This document shows, one piece after another, positions 8,811 through 17,726 of a stretch of 64,000 bases of DNA. The position numbers and the translations under genes are program-made. The notes beneath the pieces are model-generated. The model was given only the letters and a program-made list of their open reading frames with translations, ran no database searches and was not told the origin of the DNA. Positions within the stretch are counted from its first letter, which is position 1; every line of letters begins with the position of its first letter. The DNA is from Actinomycetes bacterium (GTDB taxonomy: Bacteria > Actinomycetota > Acidimicrobiia > Acidimicrobiales > JAJZXF01), in NCBI GenBank assembly GCA_021791755.1, contig JAJYWA010000003.1, positions 6,719 to 70,718 of the forward strand, given 5' to 3'.

Positions 8811-10303
8811 CGCCGTTTGGCTCCGCTGGCGCTGAGCTCATGCGCCGCTCGATCGATGAGATGCATGAGCTGGGCCGGCACGTGAACACCGAGCACAACC
8901 AAGGCAACGATCCCTGCTGCCATCGGCACGACCATCCAGCCGCTCAGCTCTCCGCGGCCTGGAGAGCCTTCGGGCGCTGGCGCAAGGAGGATGCGGGTGG
9001 TGTGCCAGGACAGCCCGAAGAACGCTATCGTCACCAGCACGACGAGCGCGGCGGCGGCGATCCCGCCTGATGCCGCCATCCCGCCCGAGACGATCAGGAG
9101 CTCGCTGCGGAAGATGCCGAATGGCGGCAATCCTGAGAGGGCCAGCACGGCCAGCAGGAGCATGGCGCCGCTCCAGGGCAGTAGGCGGGCCCCGCCGCGT
9201 ATCACGGTCATGTCCTTTGTGTGGAGCTTCTCTTTCAAGCTGCCCGCGCCGAAGAAGGCGGTGGACTTCGCGGCCGCGTGAGCGAGAACTTGGAGAAGGA
9301 CGCCCGTGATGGCCACCGGGGCTGCGAAGCTCATGCCAATTGCCAGGATCCCCATGTGCTCCACGCTCGAGTAGGCGAGGAGCCGCTTGAGATCACGCTG
9401 CAGCGCAAGGTACAAGGACGCGAGTAGGAGCGACGCAATGCCGAAGGCCAGCAGCACGTCTCTCGGGAACCCAGGGTCCAAGGATCGCGTCGCGACCTGA
9501 TCAAAACGGAGGATCGCATAGAAGCTGACTGCGAGGAGGGAGCCGGAGAGGAGGGCCGAGACGGGGGTGGGCGCTTCGGAGTGGGCATCGGGCAGCCAGG
9601 TGTGAACGGGCGCTAGTCCCATCTTCGTCCCGTACCCGAGAACTGCCAGGACGAACGCCAGCCGTACCATCTCTGGTGGGAGCTTGCGAGCGGCGTCTAC
9701 GAGGGGACCGAAGCCGATGCTGAACCCATGACCTATCCCGACTGCTCCGGCGGCGTAAATGAGCACGGTGGCCAAGAGCGCGAGGCCGAGGCCCATCGAA
9801 GCGATCAGTAGGTACTTCCAGGACGCCTCTGTTGCTCCGTCGGTGTCATCAAGAGCTACGAGCAGCGCGGAGACCACGGTTGTGATCTCGATCGCCACCC
9901 ATACCAGCGCCAGGCCGTTGACGATCGTGGCTATGTCCATTGCCCAGCAGAAAACGTTCAGGCCGAGGAGGAAACGCCGGTTGAACCGGTTGGACGAGCC
10001 TCCGTCGCGATGCGCCAGGTAGCCCACCGAGTACACCGATGTTGCGGCGTAGAGGAAGGTGGTGACGAGGCAGAACACCACCGATATGGAACCCGCCGAC
10101 AGCCATGAGCCCAGTCCCACGGAGCGAGGCCCGCTGGCGAGATGGGCCGTGAGCCAGACTGCCGAGGCGAAGCTGGCTCCCCCGGCAAGGACCGTGGCAG
10201 TTCGCGCTGTTCTCGCCCCGGCCAGCCAGGACAATGCGGTGGCGACAAGCGGCGCGATGGCTATTGTCACAAGGGCCGCTGTTCCCATGGTCACCATAGT
10301 CAA
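8807..10303 (-). CDS. NuoM/NuoN/HyfF-like proton-conducting antiporter-type membrane subunit
   Basis: 498 aa and polytopic. Contains GTKMGLAPVHTWLPDAHSEAPTPVSALLSG and SSVEHMG blocks. Overlaps its neighbours as TTGA and ATGA. Confidence 0.85.
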   Translation of the reverse strand: MTMVTMGTAALVTIAIAPLVATALSWLAGARTARTATVLAGGASFASAVWLTAHLASGPRSVGLGSWLSAGSISVVFCLVTTFLYAATSVYSVGYLAHRDGGSSNRFNRRFLLGLNVFCWAMDIATIVNGLALVWVAIEITTVVSALLVALDDTDGATEASWKYLLIASMGLGLALLATVLIYAAGAVGIGHGFSIGFGPLVDAARKLPPEMVRLAFVLAVLGYGTKMGLAPVHTWLPDAHSEAPTPVSALLSGSLLAVSFYAILRFDQVATRSLDPGFPRDVLLAFGIASLLLASLYLALQRDLKRLLAYSSVEHMGILAIGMSFAAPVAITGVLLQVLAHAAAKSTAFFGAGSLKEKLHTKDMTVIRGGARLLPWSGAMLLLAVLALSGLPPFGIFRSELLIVSGGMAASGGIAAAALVVLVTIAFFGLSWHTTRILLAPAPEGSPGRGELSGWMVVPMAAGIVALVVLGVHVPAQLMHLIDRAAHELSASGAKRR

Positions 10304-10965
10304 CCTCGCAACTTCGTGATCGGCTTGGTTGACAGCGTCCCTCCTCTCTGGTGATGCACTCGCATCAGGAGCCCGAAGGCCACGACGGCGACCAAGAGGT
10401 CGAACAGGAAGGCAATCTCCATGACCACAGGCAGCGCTGTCGCCACCACGAGGCTCGCCACTGAAACGGCGTTCTCCACCGAGAAGAACGCGACCCCCTG
10501 AGTGGCGACGTCCGACCGTAGGATCGCTAGAAGAACGGAGATGAGCAGGCTCGCGATCGCAATGCTCAGCGCCGGGCTCGGCAGGGTTCGCACGGGGAGC
10601 TTCAGCGCGCCGATCGCGAAGAACCCGAACGCAGAAGCGGCGGCAGCGATCAGCAGCATCGACGCGGTTCTCATGCCGGCGCTCGAGGACAGGTCAGTGT
10701 CGAGGCTTGGCGCAAGCCGCCCCATGATCGCCGGGACGAGAACTACCTTCGTGAGGAAGGACACCCCTGCAAGAAGGTATAGGCCGTCGAGGCCGTGGGT
10801 GGCGGCGACCACGACGACGAGCGCCGTCACCGCGATGGATTGGAACCGGTAGAGGCGGACTTGCGAGCGCACGAATGGCGCTCGGAGCATGGCCATTACG
10901 CATAGGAGCACCGTGAGGCTGATCACGTCAGCCGCGCTCTGGAACGCGTTCGGCGCCGCAGTCAT
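10300..10965 (-). CDS. HyfE-like (NuoK-related) small membrane subunit
   Basis: 221 aa from the internal ATG (MTAAPNAF). About 7 TM segments, and the size and hydropathy resemble hydrogenase-4 component E. The longer ORF to 11118 overlaps the upstream gene. Confidence 0.7.
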   Translation of the reverse strand: MTAAPNAFQSAADVISLTVLLCVMAMLRAPFVRSQVRLYRFQSIAVTALVVVVAATHGLDGLYLLAGVSFLTKVVLVPAIMGRLAPSLDTDLSSSAGMRTASMLLIAAAASAFGFFAIGALKLPVRTLPSPALSIAIASLLISVLLAILRSDVATQGVAFFSVENAVSVASLVVATALPVVMEIAFLFDLLVAVVAFGLLMRVHHQRGGTLSTKPITKLRG

Positions 10966-10981
10966 CGGCTTCCCGCCACAG

Positions 10982-11932
10982 TCATCCGCCTCCGAGGTAG
11001 AAGAGCAGCACGGCGAGGAGCGCCAGGACGAACGCCGCGGCAAGGAGCTCGGTGATCTTGAACAGGCGCAGCTTCGAGAACGAGTTGTCGAGGACGCTGA
11101 AGACGGCCCCCACTGCAAGCGTCTTTGCCACTAGCACTGGAACTGCCACAAGAACTGTGCCGAGCTGCAGGCTTCCTCCGAGGCCCCATGGAGCGACGAA
11201 CACGTCGACGAGGATCGTGTAGAGGATCATCTGCTTCATATCCGATCCCCAGGTGAGCAGGGCGAGAGCAGGGCCCGAGTGCTCGAGCGCCTGGGCTTCG
11301 CCGATCATTCCGAGCTCCAGCGTGCCCGAGTGCGTCTCGACCGGGATGCGCGCTGTGTCGGCCAGTACGACGAGGAAGAAGGCGACAGCCGCGAGGATGT
11401 GAGACGGCCTCAGCTCCTGGGATGTCGAGGAGTGTAGCGTTGCGGCCATCGCATAGGGAAGGTCTGTGGCTGTGAGCAAGCCGACTGCGAACACGACGAA
11501 GAGGATCGTCGGCTCGATGAGCGCTGCAAAGGTCATCGAGCGGCTGCTGCCCAGCTGCGCGAAGGGAGCGCGGGTCTCGGCTGCCGCGACCGCGACGGCA
11601 AAGCCGGCTGCGGCGAGGATGAAGCCGCCTCCGAGGATGTCGCCGGTGTAGCCGAGAGGCAGAGGATAGGAGGTCAGGACGGGGATGAGCATGGGCACGG
11701 TGAGGTAAGCGGAGAAGGCGAACATTGGCGCGGCAAGGAAGAACCAGCTGGAGCCTTCTGGAGCGAGTGTCTCTTTGCGAAACAGCTTGAAGAGGTCGTA
11801 ATAGGGCTGGAGGACGCGCGGACCGCGACGACCCTGAAGGACGGCCTCCAATTTTGCTATGACACCGCTGACGAGCGGCGACGCTCCGAGGATCGTCAGC
11901 ACTTGCAGTACTTGCACCTGCCAGGGAACCAT
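10982..11932 (-). CDS. NuoH/HycD-like membrane subunit
   Basis: MVPWQVQVLQVLTILGASPLVSGVIAKLEAVLQGRRGPRVLQPYYDLFKLF aligns from memory with the HycD N-terminus. The start is set at ATG 11932; the ORF is open to 11989. Confidence 0.85.
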   Translation of the reverse strand: MVPWQVQVLQVLTILGASPLVSGVIAKLEAVLQGRRGPRVLQPYYDLFKLFRKETLAPEGSSWFFLAAPMFAFSAYLTVPMLIPVLTSYPLPLGYTGDILGGGFILAAAGFAVAVAAAETRAPFAQLGSSRSMTFAALIEPTILFVVFAVGLLTATDLPYAMAATLHSSTSQELRPSHILAAVAFFLVVLADTARIPVETHSGTLELGMIGEAQALEHSGPALALLTWGSDMKQMILYTILVDVFVAPWGLGGSLQLGTVLVAVPVLVAKTLAVGAVFSVLDNSFSKLRLFKITELLAAAFVLALLAVLLFYLGGG

Positions 11933-12252
11933 TTCTAGGCTTGCGGTCAATTCTCCTCCGGGTCTCCTCCGGGCGGTCGCGTAATCCATTCACGTGTCGC
12001 TCAGAGGCCATCAACCCGAGGAGCTCGGCTGCAGTTCCGCCTGGCAGCGTCGCACCCGATTACCACGCTCCGTTGTGCAATGCCCTCGTACAAGGCCCTC
12101 AGGGTCCTGACGCTCGCAAGGCTCTGACAACTCAGAGGTGTGGCAATGGGTATTCGGGCATCGCACCCGCTGATGCACTACTGCACCTGTCAAGGCGCGC
12201 TGCCCACCGGAGCCTCATCCGGCTTCTCGTTACTATACCAGCTCCGCAGGCC

Positions 12253-12298
12253 GCCGCAGCAAGACGGCAGGGGAGGCCGCAGCAAGACGGCGAGTACA
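12253..12298. repeat. 23-bp tandem repeat x2 in the divergent intergenic region
   Basis: The 16-nt core GCCGCAGCAAGACGGC is perfect at 12253-12268 and 12276-12291. Confidence 0.9.
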
Positions 12299-12493
12299 TG
12301 GCTTGGTCAGCAGGTCGAGCACGCTGGTGGGCGGTTTAGCTCGCCCAGCGTCCGGCTGCTCGTTGGGTACTATAGTGAAGTGAGGTCAGCATTCTCGCCG
12401 GCCTGCGGGGTCGTCATAGCCTATTGGCATGTTGGCTGGCAGATTTGCCGGCCATGATCAGGTAGCCGGACGGCAATTCACTTGGCAGGGAGA

Positions 12494-14134
12494 ATGACGA
12501 CTGCTCTTCGAGTGCTAGGGGGCAGGTATCAGCTGGAGGATCGCCTTGCCCGGGGAGGGATGGGGGAGGTGTGGCGTGGACACGACCTGCTCCATGATCG
12601 CACGGTTGCTCTGAAGCTGGTCGGGCTTGGCAGCCCAGCGGCAGCGGACCGTTTCGTCGCCGAGGCATCGACTCTTGCCAGCCTGACGCATCCAGCCCTT
12701 GTGCGTTTCTTGGATGCAGGCATGGCAGATGGTGAAGCCTATCTGGTCATGGACCTGATCGATGGCCCAAACCTCGCATCCGAGCTTGCCGCAGGCGCTC
12801 CGCTGGATCCCTGTCGCACCGCGAAGATCGGGGCGTCTCTTGCAAGCGCACTCGCTTATGTTCATGAGCACCGTATTGTCCACCGTGATGTCAAGCCGGC
12901 GAACGTGTTGATTGGATCGGATGGCATAGCTCGCCTGGCTGATTTTGGTGTCGCAAGGTTGATGGATGAAGTGGGTCCAACTACGACGGGAATGACCATT
13001 GGGACTGCGGCGTACATGGCGCCTGAGCAGCTCGAGCATCATTCAGTGGGACCTGCAGCCGACGTGTACTCGCTGGGGCTCGTGCTCCTGGAGTGCTTGA
13101 GTGGCCGTAGGGAGTACCAGGGCACGCTCACAGAGGTCGCTGCGCGTCGGCTCTGCCAGGATCCTGTCGTGCCGCAGGAGCTCCCGGTGGGATGGCGCCT
13201 TCTTCTTGGTGCGATGTTGGTGCGCGATCCGCTGAGGCGTCCCACGCCAGCAGAAGTTGCAAGTGTGTTGGCGCCGTTCTCGCAGACGGCCCTAGCTACG
13301 GATCCGTTGCTAGCCGCGTCTACGGTCTTGCTTCCATCTCTGAGCTCATCGTTTACCGCGTCTCCGACCTTGCCCGGTCCTGCCGTGAGCTCGCGGCCGC
13401 CGGTGCAGGTGCCACGTGCTCTTGTGGATCCTGGGGGGACCGCGAGAGGCGCGCGACGCGCTGGTAAGGACCACCATTCCCGCCGTCTGATGTCGTTGAT
13501 GGCGCTGGCCGCGGTTCTTGCGGGCGGGCTGGTGGCCCTTGGCGTATCGCTGGGAACGGTTGGGAACAGCAGAATGCCTCGCAGGGTCACTGGCCGCGTG
13601 TCAACGAAGGCACGGACAGCTCCCAGTGGAAGCACAGTTCAGCCGACTACGGCCTCCACCGCGCCGCCTTCTGCGTCCTCGCCGGTGGCGGCGCTATCGC
13701 CGCATGATGCGGCGCCGGCCGGCCCTGGCGGCAGTGCAGGCAGGTTCCTGATCAACCTCCAGAACGGCCTAGTGGATGGCTCTGTGAGTGCAAGAGAAGC
13801 ATCGTCGCTCATCTCGGCTATTGCCTGCCTGCTCGAAGCGTACGACAGCGGACAGGCATCAAGAGCCGCCAAGTGCCTGAACCAGCTCGATGCCTCGATC
13901 CAGCAAGGTGAGGAACGAGGGTCGCTGTCGGTGGCCCTCGGGAACACGCTGAGCTCCGACCTGCAACCTCTTGTTGCCGATGTCGGGTCCATGGCAAGCC
14001 AACCCGGAGACGTAAGTCTGCAGGGCGCCGGTCCCTCGCACGGCGCCGGGCCACCGAGCCAGAGTGGCCCTGGCACGCCTGTGGGCATCAATCCTCCAGG
14101 AGCACCGCCCGGCAGGGAAAGAAAGGGCGGCTGA
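12494..14134 (+). CDS. Hanks-type Ser/Thr protein kinase with one TM helix and a C-terminal extracytoplasmic domain
   Basis: GGMGEVW...VALK, HRDVKPANVLI, DFG and APE motifs. A TM segment (LMSLMALAAVLAGGLVALGV) is followed by a Pro/Ser-rich region. An alternative TTG start lies at 12482. Confidence 0.9.
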   Translation: MTTALRVLGGRYQLEDRLARGGMGEVWRGHDLLHDRTVALKLVGLGSPAAADRFVAEASTLASLTHPALVRFLDAGMADGEAYLVMDLIDGPNLASELAAGAPLDPCRTAKIGASLASALAYVHEHRIVHRDVKPANVLIGSDGIARLADFGVARLMDEVGPTTTGMTIGTAAYMAPEQLEHHSVGPAADVYSLGLVLLECLSGRREYQGTLTEVAARRLCQDPVVPQELPVGWRLLLGAMLVRDPLRRPTPAEVASVLAPFSQTALATDPLLAASTVLLPSLSSSFTASPTLPGPAVSSRPPVQVPRALVDPGGTARGARRAGKDHHSRRLMSLMALAAVLAGGLVALGVSLGTVGNSRMPRRVTGRVSTKARTAPSGSTVQPTTASTAPPSASSPVAALSPHDAAPAGPGGSAGRFLINLQNGLVDGSVSAREASSLISAIACLLEAYDSGQASRAAKCLNQLDASIQQGEERGSLSVALGNTLSSDLQPLVADVGSMASQPGDVSLQGAGPSHGAGPPSQSGPGTPVGINPPGAPPGRERKGG

Positions 14135-14246
14135 AGATAGGCGGCTGACTGTCGATCCCCGGCGCCTTCTCGACGGTCTCTTGGTGTGCAACGCCTTGGC
14201 CGATCGCGCCCGCCAGCTGGGAGCGGCGACCGTCGATGGCCTGAGG

Positions 14247-15497
14247 TTATGGAGCGAGCGCCTGTACGGGGATGACATGGACACCGTCCTCTCGGACGTA
14301 GCCATAACGCGTCGGGACGACGACCCCGAGGAAGGCTGGTTCGCCGCACTGGCCAGTGTCTATACGAGTTACGAATTTTTTCAGGCTTGCTGCCGCATCC
14401 TCGATATAGGCGGCCCCGAGCTTGACCTCGAGGGCGCCCCAGCGCACCCCCGCTTCGACGATCACGTCGACCTCGCCGATGTTGTCGCGGTAGTGCAGCA
14501 CCCTGGCGTCGTTGTGCTGGGCATAAACGCGCAGGTCGCGTACAACAAGGCTTTTGAAAAGGAAGCCGAAGTAGTTGAGGTCCGCCAGCAGTCGCGCCGG
14601 GGTGGCGCGCAGGGCGCAGGCGGCGAGGCTTGGGTCGCAGTAGTGGCGCTTTGCCGCTGAGCGCAGGCGAGCTCGCGACCTCAACCGAGGCGCCCAGGCT
14701 GGCTGGTCCTCGATGATCATGAGCCGCTCCAGGGCCGCGAGGTAGGAGCGCACCGTGTCATCATCGACTGGCCCTTCCGGTCCGCCAGTGTCTCTGGCGA
14801 TGGTTGCCACAGAAACCTCTGTGGCAACATGCCGGGCCATGGACCGGATGACTGTCCAGACCCTCAGTGGGTCGCGAGAGACGCCGTCGACCCGACGGAT
14901 ATCGATGCGGGCGATAGAGTCTAAGTAACCGCCAAGGACGCGCTGAGCGTAGGTGGCTCTGGCGCCGGCAAGGGCGGGCCATCCGCCCCGGCAAGAGATT
15001 TCGGCTAGATCGGAGATGGTGAGCTCTGGAGCGCTTGTACTCGTTCTTTCGCCCTCCAAGAGCTTGCCGAGAGAGACAGTGCCCGAGGAGTGCCCTGCCT
15101 CGAAGAGAGTCATCGGACGCATCCGGAGCCGGGTGAAGCGGAGTGCGCCGGTATGTCGAGCGGCATCGTCGGCGGGCACGGCCGAGCCGGTCAGGATGAA
15201 CGGACCTTCGTGCGCGTCTATGGCCCGTCGAACGTGGTTCCAGATCTCTGGGACCTGCTGCCACTCGTCAATGAGGCGCGGTTTGCCGCCGGAGAGAACG
15301 AGTGACGGGTCGATCGCCGCGGCAGCTCGCGCATGCTGGTCGACGTCGAGGAGCACCCTGCTCCTGGCGTGGTGACTAGCGGTCTCAGTCTTTCCAACGG
15401 CTTTAGCGCCCTCGATCAGCATGGCCACGTTACCACTGAGCGCCTCGCTCAGCTCGGCGTCAGTCACTCGGGGGATGTAGCTGAACGTTCTTGCCAT
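14247..15497 (-). CDS. AAA-type ATPase with a DUF4143-like C-terminal domain
   Basis: 416 aa. Has a Walker A-like motif (EGAKAVGKTE). The overall layout is typical of the AAA_14/DUF4143 'ATP-binding protein' family (recalled, not searched). Confidence 0.7.
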   Translation of the reverse strand: MARTFSYIPRVTDAELSEALSGNVAMLIEGAKAVGKTETASHHARSRVLLDVDQHARAAAAIDPSLVLSGGKPRLIDEWQQVPEIWNHVRRAIDAHEGPFILTGSAVPADDAARHTGALRFTRLRMRPMTLFEAGHSSGTVSLGKLLEGERTSTSAPELTISDLAEISCRGGWPALAGARATYAQRVLGGYLDSIARIDIRRVDGVSRDPLRVWTVIRSMARHVATEVSVATIARDTGGPEGPVDDDTVRSYLAALERLMIIEDQPAWAPRLRSRARLRSAAKRHYCDPSLAACALRATPARLLADLNYFGFLFKSLVVRDLRVYAQHNDARVLHYRDNIGEVDVIVEAGVRWGALEVKLGAAYIEDAAASLKKFVTRIDTGQCGEPAFLGVVVPTRYGYVREDGVHVIPVQALAP

Positions 15498-15523
15498 GAT
15501 GGCGAGCCTAGTGATCTAATCGG

Positions 15524-15592
15524 TTATTTGCAACGCTAGTGGCCAGCATTCTGCAATATCACTAGCCGGCTATTTGCAATTTTTCTGGCCCG
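15524..15592. repeat. 23-bp periodic repeat x3 in the AT-rich region upstream of the DUF4143 ATPase gene
   Basis: TTATTTGCAA at 15524, CATTCTGCAA at 15547 and CTATTTGCAA at 15570. Confidence 0.8.
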
Positions 15593-15614
15593 GCGCCGAC
15601 TAGAGCGCCGGAAG

Positions 15615-17726
15615 TTAGGGGGCGCCGTGAGAGGTTACATTGACCAGGCTTGCGGCTTTGAATAGCCAAGTTCCCGTCGCACACTGGTTCTGCATGACAT
15701 TGTCTACCAGGTACTGTCCCTGGTAGCTGGTAGATGTCCAGACCCAAAGGGTATCGCCATCGAGGCATTTGAAGGCTGGATCGTTCGTCTGGAAGTTGGT
15801 GAGCTGGCCAGCCGGCTGCGTAGAGCCCGCAGGACCGTTCTGGAGCCTAGATACCTTTGCCAGCGTCACCGTCTGTCCGTTCCACGTGCCTTGATAGAAG
15901 TAAGTGGGCCCCGGTGTGGTCGTGGTCGTCGGAGGGATCGTGGTCGTGGTTGTGGTCGTCGGAGGGATCGTGGTCGTTCGAGGCGGCGCCGGTAGGGTGG
16001 GTGGAGGTCCAGCAGCCCAGTTCTTGAGGGGTGGAGCGTGTCCGAGAAGGGCCGCGGTCATCGCGGGATCGTTACCGTCCATGCCGAGTGCCCAGATGCC
16101 AAGCCCTCGAAGGCTGAAGAAGTTCGCCAGGCTGGCCTTGAGCCCTAGTGAGACGGGATTGTCGAAGAAGATTTCGTGCCACTGCCCCCCCGTTTGGTAC
16201 GCAGTCCAAGGGGTAGAGGTCTGAGGATCCCAGTATGTCGGAAGGTTTGCAGCAGCGATCACTGCGTAGCTGAGCGCAGCCGGTGAACCGGTGGCGGGCG
16301 CCCCGAGGGTGTCGCCGCTGGTTGGCCAGTCATAGCCGTAGAACGGCACACCAAGTATCATCTTACCTGCTGGGACTTTCGAGAGGTAACCCTGGATCGC
16401 AGTGAGGTCACTTGGACTCGTGCCGTCGAGCGGGGCGGTTGGCGACGGCGTCGAGAAGCTGTTCATGTCGTAAGCCATCACGAAGAAGGCATTGACCGCA
16501 GGAGCAAGAGCGGGGATATTGTAGAAGCCACCAGGATCGGTCGCTGCGCTCGCATAGGTGTCCATTGTCAGCTGCCAGTGGGGATCTACGGAGTGGAGAG
16601 CTGCCGATACGGTGTCAACCAAGCGCGTCAATCCCGCCTGATCAGCAGATCCCGTGCCTTCGAAGTCCAAGTTAACGCCATCCATGTTCTTCGACTCGAT
16701 GGCGCCTACGAGCTGTGTGGCAAGGACTTTCGCTGCTGCGGGATTGCTGGTGAGGCTATCTAAGGTCGACTGGCTGAAGCACTTGGCAGTTAGCACTACC
16801 CTTACGGATGACCCGTGGGCCCTCGTGATCAATGTCGCGAGGTACTGGCTCTGGAACCCGGCCCATCCGGTCCCCGTTTGGGAGATCGTGCCGTTCGCGT
16901 TCACGTTCACGCCGAAGTAGGCGATTGTTGTGAGCGCGGCGATGTTGAAGCCGTTCGAGATCGGCAAGGTCCAGTAGGGGGCGAAGCCGAAGATCTCATG
17001 TGGTCGGAGGGGAGCCGACAGCGCCAGGGAAGGCGGGGCAGGTTCTGGCGGCACAGTGGCTGGTGGCAGGTTGAGCTTGAGCTTCCATCCTCCGGTCACC
17101 ATTCCCGAGAGGGTGCTGTTTCCTGCCTCGATAGCGTTCCCGGCGATATTGGTAGCCGTCGCGGGCGCCTTTAGTATGAACACCCGCGCGCTCACGAGCA
17201 GGGTGATCAATGCTACGCCGATTGCCGCTACATGAAGCGGTCTCGACCTCCACCAGCGCCTCCGGTGTGGCCGCGATGCAAGCTCTATCGCGTACAGAGG
17301 GGCGCCGGGGGACACGGGTGCTCGAGGGGTGCTGTTCAGCCGGGTTGCCGAGGTGACGCGCTGGCGGCGGCGCTGGCGGTTGGTCTCCAGGTTCGCGCGC
17401 GTTGCCGCATCTCCAAGTGACAGGCCGAACGACTCGTTGAAGCCAAGCTCGGAGATCGCAGAGGCCAGGACCGGCGCGTCTGGTACGGAGACCAGGATGC
17501 GAATCGTCTGCGAGACCCCGGCGAGCTCGATCGTCTGAGCTGGTGCGCCGTAGGGATCTATGACGACGCTCCCGGCCGATAGCCAGCGGATGTCACGCCA
17601 TGCAAAGAACATGAGGTCGCTGCCCTGAGCCTCGCGCAGGTGGATGCCGCCTTCGTCTGTGTGCAGCTCCAGCCCGGTGATTGCCGGCTGTGGGGGCATG
17701 CTCTCGCTGATCACATGAGCGCTCAT
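15615..17726 (-). CDS. membrane-anchored glycoside hydrolase family 18-like protein with a Thr/Pro linker and a C-terminal domain
   Basis: Catalytic block MDGVNLDFEG (DxxDxDxE). One TM helix (LHVAAIGVALITLLVSARVFIL). TTTIPPTTTTTTTIPPTTTTTP linker. Start uncertain: in-frame ATG at 17909 and TTG at 17987 are also possible. Confidence 0.75.
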   Translation of the reverse strand: MSAHVISESMPPQPAITGLELHTDEGGIHLREAQGSDLMFFAWRDIRWLSAGSVVIDPYGAPAQTIELAGVSQTIRILVSVPDAPVLASAISELGFNESFGLSLGDAATRANLETNRQRRRQRVTSATRLNSTPRAPVSPGAPLYAIELASRPHRRRWWRSRPLHVAAIGVALITLLVSARVFILKAPATATNIAGNAIEAGNSTLSGMVTGGWKLKLNLPPATVPPEPAPPSLALSAPLRPHEIFGFAPYWTLPISNGFNIAALTTIAYFGVNVNANGTISQTGTGWAGFQSQYLATLITRAHGSSVRVVLTAKCFSQSTLDSLTSNPAAAKVLATQLVGAIESKNMDGVNLDFEGTGSADQAGLTRLVDTVSAALHSVDPHWQLTMDTYASAATDPGGFYNIPALAPAVNAFFVMAYDMNSFSTPSPTAPLDGTSPSDLTAIQGYLSKVPAGKMILGVPFYGYDWPTSGDTLGAPATGSPAALSYAVIAAANLPTYWDPQTSTPWTAYQTGGQWHEIFFDNPVSLGLKASLANFFSLRGLGIWALGMDGNDPAMTAALLGHAPPLKNWAAGPPPTLPAPPRTTTIPPTTTTTTTIPPTTTTTPGPTYFYQGTWNGQTVTLAKVSRLQNGPAGSTQPAGQLTNFQTNDPAFKCLDGDTLWVWTSTSYQGQYLVDNVMQNQCATGTWLFKAASLVNVTSHGAP
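15924..15977. repeat. 30-bp in-frame tandem repeat (~1.8 units) in the GH18 Thr/Pro linker
   Basis: GGTCGTCGGAGGGATCGTGGTCGTGGTTGT is repeated from 15954. Confidence 0.85.

Noticed and set aside
10962-12014. 350-aa ORF and other very long ORFs antisense or out of frame to real genes (for example 1897-2910, 3469-4575, 4899-5864, 27177-28697, 46628-47770, 51844-52680, 55451-57595)
   Set aside because: These are typical high-GC shadow ORFs. They are Arg/Pro/Ser/Gly-rich, have no motifs, and each fully overlaps a gene with clear homology blocks.
14064-14660. 198-aa plus-strand ORF downstream of the kinase gene
   Set aside because: It is almost entirely antisense to the well-supported DUF4143 ATPase gene.
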